DNA from: Eledone cirrhosa
Lineage: Eukaryota
Assembly: GCA_964016885.1 (NCBI GenBank)
Contig: OZ024741.1
Coordinates: forward strand, 245,830,001 to 245,894,000
DNA length: 64,000 bases
Direction of reading: 5' to 3'
Numbering within the stretch: the stretch's first letter is position 1; each line of letters starts with the position of its first letter. The notes beneath the pieces were generated by a model that saw nothing but the letters and a program-made list of their open reading frames with translations, did no database searches and was not told where the DNA came from. The translations under genes were made by a program, and so were the position numbers. This document shows positions 1 through 10,998 of the stretch, in pieces.

Positions 1-3000
1 ATTTTTTTTACAAATTATCTCCCCCTGATTTTTTTTACAAATTATCTCCCCCTGATTTTTTTTACAAATTATCTACCCCTGATTTTTTTTACAAATTATC
101 TCCCCCTGATTTTTTTACAAATTATCTCCCCCTGATTTTTTTTACAATCTCCGCCTGATTTTTTTAAAAATTGTCTTCCCTTGGCTGGCTGGAAATTATC
201 TCCCCTTGGACACTGGAAATTATAGCCCCTTGGAGGGCTGGAAATTATCTTCCCTTGGACGGCTGGAAATTATCTCCCCTTGATTTTTTTTACAAATTAT
301 CTCCGCCTGATTTTTTTTTACAAATTATCTCCCCCTGATTTTTTTTTACAAATTATCTACCCCTGATTTTTTTTTACAAATTATCTCCCCCTGATTTTTT
401 TTACAAATTATCTCCCCCTGATTTTTCTTTTACAAATTATCTCCCCCTGATTTTTTTACAAATTATCTCCCCCTGATTTTTTTTACAAATTATCTCCGCC
501 TGATTTTTTTAAATATTATCTTCCCTTGGCTGGCGGGAAATTATCTCCCCTTGGACGGCTGGAAATTATCTGCCCTTGATTTTCTTTTTACAAATTATCT
601 TCCACTGATTTTTTTTACAAATTATCTCCACCTGATTTTTTAAAAAATTATCTCCCCTTGGAAGGCTGGAAATTATCTCCCCTTGGACGGCTGGAAATTA
701 TCTCCCCTTGGACGGCTAGAAATTATCTCTCCTTGGACGGCTGAAAATTATCTCCCCTTGGACGGCTGCAAATTATCTCCCCTTGATTTTTTTTACAAAT
801 TATCTCCCCCTGATTTTTTTTACAAATTATCTCCCCCTGATTTTTTTACAAATTATCTACCCCTGATTTTTTTTACAAATTATCTCCCCCTGATTTTTTT
901 TTACAAATTATCTCCCCCTGATTTTTTTTTACAAATTATCTCCCCCTGATTTTTTTTTAATAAATTATCTCCCCCTGATTTTTTTACAAATTATCTCCCC
1001 CTGATTTTTTTTACAATCTCCGCCTGATTTTTTTAAAAATTATCTTCCCTTGGCTGGCGGGAAATTATCTCCCCTTGGACGGCTGGAAATTATCTCCCCT
1101 TGGAAGGATGGAAATTATCTCCCCTTGGACGGCTGGAAATTATCTCCCCTTGCACGGCTGGAAATTATCTCCCCTTGGCTGGAAATTATCTCCCCTTGGA
1201 CGGCTAGAAATTATCTCTCTTTGGACGGCTGGAAATTATCTCCCTTTGATTTTTTTTACAAATTATCTCCCTCTGATTTTTTTTACAAATCTCCCCCTGA
1301 TTTTTTTAAAAAAATTATCTCCCCTTCGCTGGCTGGAAATTATCTTCCCTTGGACGGCTGGAAATTATCTCCCCTTGATTTTTTTTACAAATTATCTCCG
1401 CCTGATTTTTTTTTAAAATTATCTCTCCTTGGACGGCTGGAAATTATCTCCCCTTGATTTTTTTTACAAATAATCTCCCCCTGATTTTTTTTTATAAATT
1501 ATCTCCCCCTGATTTTTTTTTACAAATTATCTACCCCTGATTTTTTTTTACAAATTATCTCCCCCTGATTTTTTTTACAAATTATCTCCCCCTGATTTTT
1601 CTTTTACAAATTATCTCCCCCTGATTTTTTTACAAATTATCTCCCCCTGATTTTTTTTACAAATTGTCTCCGCCTGATTTTTTTAAATATTATCTTCCCT
1701 TGGCTGGCGGGAAATTACCTCCCCTTGGACGGCTGGAAATTATCTGCCCTTGATTTTCTTTTTACAAATTATCTTCCACTGATTTTTTTTACAAATTATC
1801 TCCACCTGATTTTTTAAAAAATTATCTCCCCTTGGAAGGCTGGAAATTATCTCCCCTTGGACGGCTAGAAATTATCTCTCTTTGGACGGCTGGAAATTAT
1901 CACCCCTTGAGTTTTTTACAAATTATCTCCCCCTGATTTTTTTTACAAATCTCCCAGTGATTTTTTAAAAAAAATTATCTCCCCTTCGCTGGCTGGAAAT
2001 TATCTCCCCTTGGACGCTGGAAATTATAGCCCCTTGGAGGGCTGGAAATTATCTTCCCTTGGACGGCTGGAAATTATCTCCCCTTGATTTTTTTTACAAA
2101 TTATCTCCCCCTGATTTTTTTTTACAAATTATCTCCCCCTGATGTTTTTTTACAACTTATCTGCGCCTGATTTTTTTAAAAAAATTATCTCCCCTTGGAC
2201 GGCTGGAAATTATCTCCCCTTGGACGGCTGGAAATTATCTCTCCTTGGACGGCTAGAATTTACCTCTCCTTGGACGGCTGAAAATTATCTCCCCTTGAAC
2301 GGCTGGAAATTATCTCCCCTTGATTTTTTTTACAAATTATCTCCCCCTTTTTTTTTTTTACAAATTATCTCCCCCTGATTTTTTTTTACAAATTATCTCC
2401 CCCTGATTTTTTTTTACAAATTATCTCCCCCTGATTTTTTTTACAAATTATCTCCCCCTGATTTTTTTTACAAATTATCTCCCCCTGATTTTTTTACAAA
2501 TTATCTCCCCCTGATTTTTTTTACAAATTATCTACCCCTGATTTTTTTTACAAATTATCTCCCCCTGATTTTTTTTTACAAATTATCTCCCCCTGATTTC
2601 TTTTTACAAATTATCTCCCCCTGATTTTTTTTTTACAAATTATCTCCCCCTGATTTTTTTACAAAGTATCTCCCCCTGATTTTTTTTACAATCTCCGCCT
2701 GATTTTTTTAAAAATTATCTTCCCTTGGCTGGCGGGAAATTATCTCCCCTTGGACGGCTGGAAATTATCTCCCCTTGGAAGGATGGAAATTATCTCCCCT
2801 TGGACGGCTGGAAATTATCTCCCCTTGCACGGCTGGAAATTATCTCCCCTTGGACGGCTAGAAATTATCTCTCTTTGGACGGCTGGAAATTATCTCCCTT
2901 TGATTTTTTTTACAAATTATCTCCCTCTGATTTTTTTTACGAATCTCCCCCTGATTTTTTTAAAAAAATTATCTCCCCTTCGCTGGCTGGAAATTATCTC

Positions 3001-6000
3001 CCCTTGGACACTGGAAATTATAGCCCCTTGGAGGGCTGGAAATTATCTTCCCTTGGACGGCTGGAAATTATCTCCCCCTGATTTTTTTTACAAATTATCT
3101 CCGCCTTATTTTTTTAAAAAGTTATCTCTCCTTGGACGGCTGGAAATTATCTCCCCTTGATTTTTTTTACAAATAATCTCCCCCTGATTTTTTTTTACAA
3201 ATTATCTCCCCCTGATTTTTTTTTACAAATTATCTACCCCTGATTTTCTTTTACAAATTATCTCCCCCTGATTTTTGTTACAAATTATCTCCCCCTGATT
3301 TTTCTTTTACAAATTATCTCCCCCTGATTTTTTTTACAAATTATCTCCGCCTGATTTTTTTAAATATTATCTTCCCTTGGCTGGCGGGAAATTATCTCCC
3401 CTTGGATGGCTGGAAATTATCTGCCCTTGATTTTCTTTTTACAAATTATCTTCCACTGATTTTTTTTACAAATTATCTCCACCTGATTTTTTTAAAAATT
3501 ATCTCCCCTTGGAAGACTGGAAATTATCTCCCCTTGGCTGGAAATTATCTCCCCTTGGACGGCTAGAAATTATCTCTCTTTGTACGGCTGGAAATTATCA
3601 CCCCTTGAGTTTTTTACAAATTATCTCCCCCTGATTTTTTTTACAAATCTCCCAGTGTTTTTTAAAAAAAATTATCTCCCCTTCGCTGGCTGGAAATTAT
3701 CTCCCCTTGGACGCTGGAAATTATAGCCCCTTGGAGGGCTGGAAATTATCTTCCCTTGGACGGCTGGAAATTATCTCCCCTTGATTTTTTTTACAAATTA
3801 TCTCCCCCTGATTTTTTTTTACAAATTATCTCCCCCTGATTTTTTTTTACAACTTATCTGCGCCTGATTTTTTTAAAAAAATTATCTTCCCTTGGACGGC
3901 TGGAAATTATCTCCCCTTGGACGGCTGGAAATTATCTCTCCTTGGACGGCTAGAATTTACCACTCCTTGGACGGCTGAAAATTATCTCCCCTTGGACGGC
4001 TGGAAATTATCTCCCCTTGATTTTTTTTACAAATTATCTCCCCCTGATTTTTTTTTACAAATTATCTGCCCCTGATTTTTTTTTACAAATTATCTCCCCC
4101 TGATTTTTTTTTTAAAATTATCTCCCCCTGATTTTTTTTACAAATTATCTCCCCCTGATTTTTTTACAAATTATCTCCCCTTGGCTGGCTGGAAATTATC
4201 TCCACTTGGAGGCTGGAACTTATGTCCCCTTGGACGGCTAGAAATGACCTCTCCTTGGACGGCTGGAAAATATGTCTCCTTGGACGGCTGGATATTATCT
4301 CCCCTTGGACGGCTGGAAATTATCTCCCCTTGGACGGCTGGAAATTATCTCCCCTTGGATGGCTAGATATTACCTCCCCTTGGACGGCTGGAAATTATCT
4401 CCCCTTGATTTTTTTTACAAATTATCTCCCCCTGATTTTTTTTACAAATTTTCTCCCCCTGATTTTTGTTTACAAATTATCTCCGCCTGATTTTTTTTTT
4501 TAAATTATCTCCCCTTGGACGGCTGGAAATTATCTCCCCTTGGACGGCTAGAAATTACCTCTCCTTGGACGGCTGAAAATTATCTCCCCTTGGACGGCTG
4601 GAAATTATCTCCCCTTGATTTTTTTACAAATTATCTCCCCCTGATTTTTTTTTTACAAATTATCTCCCCCTGATTTTTTTTTACAAATTATCTACCCCTG
4701 ATTTTTTTTTACAAATTATCTCCCCCTGATTTTTTTTTACAAATTATCTACCCCTGATTTTTTTTACAAATTATCTCCCCCTGATTTTTTTTACAAATTA
4801 TCTCCCCCTGATTTTTTTTTTACAAATTATCTCCCCCTGATTTTTTTACAAATTATCTGCCCCTGATTTTTTTTACAAATTATCTCCGCCGGATTTTTTT
4901 AAATATTATCTTCCCTTGGCTTGCGGGAAATTATCTCCCCTTGGACGGCTGAAAATTATCTCCCCTTGGACGGCTGGAAATTATCTCCCCTTGATTTTTT
5001 TTACAAATTATCTCCCCCTGATTTTTTTTTACAAATTATCTCCCCCTGATTTTTTTTACAAATTATCTCCCCCTGATTTTTTTTACAAATTATCTCCCCC
5101 TGATTTTTTTTACAAATTATCTCCCCCTGATTTTTTTTTACAAATTATCTCCCCCTGATTTTTTTACAAATTATCTCCCCCTGATTTTTTTTACAAATTA
5201 TCTCCGCCTGATTTTTTAAAATATTATCTTCCCTTGGCTGGCGGGAAATTATCTCCCCTTGGACGGCTGGAAATTATCTGCCCTTGATTTTCTTTTTACA
5301 AATTAACTTCCACTGATTTTTTTTACAAATTATCTCCACCTGATTTTTTTAAAAATTATCTCCCCTTGGAAGGCTGGAAATTATCTCCCCTTGGCTGGAA
5401 ATTATCTCCCCTTGGACGGCTAGAAATTATCTCTCTTTGGACGGCTGGAAATTATCACCCCTTGAGTTTTTTACAAATTATCTCCCCCTGATTTTTTTTA
5501 CAAATCTCCCAGTGATTTTTAAAAAAAAATTATCTTCCCTTCGCTGGCTGGAAATTATCTCCCCTTGGACGCTGGAAATTATAGCCCCTTGGAGGGCTGG
5601 AAATTATCTTCCCTTGGACGGCTGGAAATTACCTCCCCTTGATTTTTTTTACAAATTATCTCCCCCTGATTTTTTTTTACAAATTATATCCCCCTGATTT
5701 TTTTTTACAACTTATCTGCGCCTGATTTTTTTAAAAAAATTATCTCCCCTTGGACGGCTGGAAATTATCTCCCTTTGGACGGCTGGAAATTATCTCTCCT
5801 TGGACGGCTAGAATTTACCTCTCCTTGGACGGCTGAAAATTATCTCCCCTTGGACGGCTGGAAATTATCTCCCCTTGATTTTTTTTACAAATTATCTCCC
5901 CCTGATTTTTTTTTACAAATTATGTCCCCCTGATTTTTTTACAAATTATCTCCCACTGATTTTTTTTACAAATTATCTCCGCCTGATTTTTTTAAATATT

Positions 6001-9000
6001 ATCTCTCCTTGGCTGGCGGGAAATTATCTCCCCTTGGACGGCTGGAAATTATCTCCCCTTGGAAGGATGGAAATTATCTCCCCTTGGACGGCTGGAAATT
6101 ATCTACCCCTGATTTTTTTTACAAATTATCTCCCCCTGATTTTTTTTACAAATTATCTCCCCCTGATTTTTTTTACAAATTATCTACCCCTGATTTTTTT
6201 TACAAATTATCTCCCCCTGATTTTTTTACAAATTATCTCCCCCTGATTTTTTTTACAATCTCCGCCTGATTTTTTTAAAAATTGTCTTCCCTTGGCTGGC
6301 TGGAAATTATCTCCCCTTGGACACTGGAAATTATAGCCCCTTGGAGGGCTGGAAATTATCTTCCCTTGGACGGCTGGAAATTATCTCCCCTTGATTTTTT
6401 TTACAAATTATCTCCGCCTGATTTTTTTTTACAAATTATCTCCCCCTGATTTTTTTTTACAAATTATCTACCCCTGATTTTTTTTTACAAATTATCTCCC
6501 CCTGATTTTTTTTACAAATTATCTCCCCCTGATTTTTCTTTTACAAATTATCTCCCCCTGATTTTTTTACAAATTATCTCCCCCTGATTTTTTTTACAAA
6601 TTATCTCCGCCTGATTTTTTTAAATATTATCTTCCCTTGGCTGGCGGGAAATTATCTCCCCTTGGACGGCTGGAAATTATCTGCCCTTGATTTTCTTTTT
6701 ACAAATTATCTTCCACTGATTTTTTTTACAAATTATCTCCACCTGATTTTTTAAAAAATTATCTCCCCTTGGAAGGCTGGAAATTATCTCCCCTTGGACG
6801 GCTGGAAATTATCTCCCCTTGGACGGCTAGAAATTATCTCTCCTTGGACGGCTGAAAATTATCTCCCCTTGGACGGCTGCAAATTATCTCCCCTTGATTT
6901 TTTTTACAAATTATCTCCCCCTGATTTTTTTTACAAATTATCTCCCCCTGATTTTTTTACAAATTATCTACCCCTGATTTTTTTTACAAATTATCTCCCC
7001 CTGATTTTTTTTTACAAATTATCTCCCCCTGATTTTTTTTTACAAATTATCTCCCCCTGATTTTTTTTTTATAAATTATCTCCCCCTGATTTTTTTACAA
7101 ATTATCTCCCCCTGATTTTTTTTACAATCTCCGCCTGATTTTTTTAAAAATTATCTTCCCTTGGCTGGCGGGAAATTATCTCCCCTTGGACGGCTGGAAA
7201 TTATCTCCCCTTGGAAGGATGGAAATTATCTCCCCTTGGACGGCTGGAAATTATCTCCCCTTGCACGGCTGGAAATTATCTCCCCTTGGCTGGAAATTAT
7301 CTCCCCTTGGACGGCTAGAAATTATCTCTCTTTGGACGGCTGGAAATTATCTCCCTTTGATTTTTTTTACAAATTATCTCCCTCTGATTTTTTTTACAAA
7401 TCTCCCCCTGATTTTTTTAAAAAAATTATCTCCCCTTCGCTGGCTGGAAATTATCTTCCCTTGGACGGCTGGAAATTATCTCCCCTTGATTTTTTTTACA
7501 AATTATCTCCGCCTGATTTTTTTTTTAAATTATCTCTCCTTGGACGGCTGGAAATTATCTCCCCTTGATTTTTTTTACAAATAATCTCCCCCTGATTTTT
7601 TTTTATAAATTATCTCCCCCTGATTTTTTTTTACAAATTATCTACCCCTGATTTTTTTTTACAAATTATCTCCCCCTGATTTTTTTTACAAATTATCTCC
7701 CCCTGATTTTTCTTTTACAAATTATCTCCCCCTGATTTTTTTACAAATTATCTCCCCCTGATTTTTTTTACAAATTGTCTCCGCCTGATTTTTTTAAATA
7801 TTATCTTCCCTTGGCTGGCGGGAAATTACCTCCCCTTGGACGGCTGGAAATTATCTGCCCTTGATTTTCTTTTTACAAATTATCTTCCACTGATTTTTTT
7901 TACAAATTATCTCCACCTGATTTTTTAAAAAATTATCTCCCCTTGGAAGGCTGGAAATTATCTCCCCTTGGACGGCTAGAAATTATCTCTCTTTGGACGG
8001 CTGGAAATTATCACCCCTTGAGTTTTTTACAAATTATCTCCCCCTGATTTTTTTTACAAATCTCCCAGTGATTTTTTAAAAAAAATTATCTCCCCTTCGC
8101 TGGCTGGAAATTATCTCCCCTTGGACGCTGGAAATTATAGCCCCTTGGAGGGCTGGAAATTATCTTCCCTTGGACGGCTGGAAATTATCTCCCCTTGATT
8201 TTTTTTACAAATTATCTCCCCCTGATTTTTTTTTACAAATTATCTCCCCCTGATGTTTTTTTACAACTTATCTGCGCCTGATTTTTTTAAAAAAATTATC
8301 TCCCCTTGGACGGCTGGAAATTATCTCCCCTTGGACGGCTGGAAATTATCTCTCCTTGGACGGCTAGAATTTACCTCTCCTTGGACGGCTGAAAATTATC
8401 TCCCCTTGAACGGCTGGAAATTATCTCCCCTTGATTTTTTTTACAAATTATCTCCCCCTTTTTTTTTTTTACAAATTATCTCCCCCTGATTTTTTTTTAC
8501 AAATTATCTCCCCCTGATTTTTTTTTACAAATTATCTCCCCCTGATTTTTTTTACAAATTATCTCCCCCTGATTTTTTTTACAAATTATCTCCCCCTGAT
8601 TTTTTTACAAATTATCTCCCCCTGATTTTTTTTACAAATTATCTACCCCTGATTTTTTTTACAAATTATCTCCCCCTGATTTTTTTTTACAAATTATCTC
8701 CCCCTGATTTCTTTTTACAAATTATCTCCCCCTGATTTTTTTTTTACAAATTATCTCCCCCTGATTTTTTTACAAAGTATCTCCCCCTGATTTTTTTTAC
8801 AATCTCCGCCTGATTTTTTTAAAAATTATCTTCCCTTGGCTGGCGGGAAATTATCTCCCCTTGGACGGCTGGAAATTATCTCCCCTTGGAAGGATGGAAA
8901 TTATCTCCCCTTGGACGGCTGGAAATTATCTCCCCTTGCACGGCTGGAAATTATCTCCCCTTGGACGGCTAGAAATTATCTCTCTTTGGACGGCTGGAAA

Positions 9001-10730
9001 TTATCTCCCTTTGATTTTTTTTACAAATTATCTCCCTCTGATTTTTTTTACGAATCTCCCCCTGATTTTTTTAAAAAAATTATCTCCCCTTCGCTGGCTG
9101 GAAATTATCTCCCCTTGGACACTGGAAATTATAGCCCCTTGGAGGGCTGGAAATTATCTTCCCTTGGACGGCTGGAAATTATCTCCCCCTGATTTTTTTT
9201 ACAAATTATCTCCGCCTTATTTTTTTAAAAAGTTATCTCTCCTTGGACGGCTGGAAATTTTCTCCCCTTGATTTTTTTTACAAATAATCTCCCCCTGATT
9301 TTTTTTTACAAATTATCTCCCCCTGATTTTTTTTTACAAATTATCTACCCCTGATTTTCTTTTACAAATTATCTCCCCCTGATTTTTGTTACAAATTATC
9401 TCCCCCTGATTTTTCTTTTACAAATTATCTCCCCCTGATTTTTTTTACAAATTATCTCCGCCTGATTTTTTTAAATATTATCTTCCCTTGGCTGGCGGGA
9501 AATTATCTCCCCTTGGATGGCTGGAAATTATCTGCCCTTGATTTTCTTTTTACAAATTATCTTCCACTGATTTTTTTTACAAATTATCTCCACCTGATTT
9601 TTTTAAAAATTATCTCCCCTTGGAAGGCTGGAAATTATCTCCCCTTGGCTGGAAATTATCTCCCCTTGGACGGCTAGAAATTATCTCTCTTTGTACGGCT
9701 GGAAATTATCACCCCTTGAGTTTTTTACAAATTATCTCCCCCTGATTTTTTTTACAAATCTCCCAGTGTTTTTTAAAAAAAATTATCTCCCCTTCGCTGG
9801 CTGGAAATTATCTCCCCTTGGACGCTGGAAATTATAGCCCCTTGGAGGGCTGGAAATTATCTTCCCTTGGACGGCTGGAAATTATCTCCCCTTGATTTTT
9901 TTTACAAATTATCTCCCCCTGATTTTTTTTTACAAATTATCTCCCCCTGATTTTTTTTTACAACTTATCTGCGCCTGATTTTTTTAAAAAAATTATCTTC
10001 CCTTGGACGGCTGGAAATTATCTCCCCTTGGACGGCTGGAAATTATCTCTCCTTGGACGGCTAGAATTTACCACTCCTTGGACGGCTGAAAATTATCTCC
10101 CCTTGGACGGCTGGAAATTATCTCCCCTTGATTTTTTTTACAAATTATCTCCCCCTGATTTTTTTTTACAAATTATCTGCCCCTGATTTTTTTTTACAAA
10201 TTATCTCCCCCTGATTTTTTTTTTAAAATTATCTCCCCCTGATTTTTTTTACAAATTATCTCCCCCTGATTTTTTTACAAATTATCTCCCCTTGGCTGGC
10301 TGGAAATTATCTCCCCTTGGAGGCTGGAACTTATGTCCCCTTGGACGGCTAGAAATGACCTCTCCTTGGACGGCTGGAAAATATGTCTCCTTGGACGGCT
10401 GGATATTATCTCCCCTTGGACGGCTGGAAATTATCTCCCCTTGGACGGCTGGAAATTATCTCCCCTTGGATGGCTAGATATTACCTCCCCTTGGACGGCT
10501 GGAAATTATCTCCCCTTGATTTTTTTTACAAATTATCTCCCCCTGATTTTTTTTTACAAATTTTCTCCCCCTGATTTTTGTTTACAAATTATCTCCGCCT
10601 GATTTTTTTTTAAAAATTATCTCCCCTTGGACGGCTGGAAATTATCTCCCCTTGGACGGCTAGAAATTACCTCTCCTTGGACGGCTGAAAATTATCTCCC
10701 CTTGGACGGCTGGAAATTATCTCCCCTTGA
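1..10730 (+). repeat. Higher-order repeat with 6,111-bp period (1-6111, partial second copy 6112-~10730)
   Basis: ORF pairs 683/6794, 1050/7161, 2142/8253, 2725/8836 and 4181/10292 are all offset by exactly 6,111. Base 1 aligns with base 6112. The copies diverge after ~4,620/~10,730. Confidence 0.9.
4181..4410 (+). repeat. Representative 9-mer A-run cassette (~225 bp) of diverged A monomers; 27 copies in the window in four subtypes
   Basis: Fixed order of variant monomers GCTGGCTGG / GAGGCTGGAACTTA / GCTAG / AAAATATGTCTCC / GGATATTATC / GGATGGCTAGATATTACC. It appears in the ORF track as the recurrent 61-aa MAGWKLSPLGGWNL... entry. Confidence 0.85.
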
Positions 10731-10998
10731 TTTTTTTACAAATAATCTCCCCCTGATTTTTTTTTACAAATTATCTCCCCCTGATTTTTGTTTACAAATT
10801 ATCTCCGCCTGATTTTTTTTTAAAAATTATCTCCCCTTGGACGGCTGGAAATTATCTCCCCTTGGACGGCTAGAAATTACCTCTCCTTGGACGGCTGAAA
10901 ATTATCTCCCCTTGGACGGCTGGAAATTATCTCCCCTTGATTTTTTTACAAATAATCTCCCCCTGATTTTTTTTTACAAATTATCTCCCCCTGATTTT
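10565..10998 (+). repeat. Local 210-bp tandem duplication (4 A + 4 B monomers)
   Basis: Marker GATTTTTGTTTAC...CCGCC...AAATAATC occurs twice 210 bp apart (ORFs 10627/10837). Paralogous blocks such as ~17560-17760 have only one copy. Confidence 0.9.

Noticed and set aside
528-537. Functional E. coli Chi site or NF-kB site (GCTGGCGG; GGGAAATTAT/AC)
   Set aside because: Both are mismatched to the consensus (GCTGGTGG; GGGRNWYYCC) and there is no supporting context. They are kept only as side remarks.
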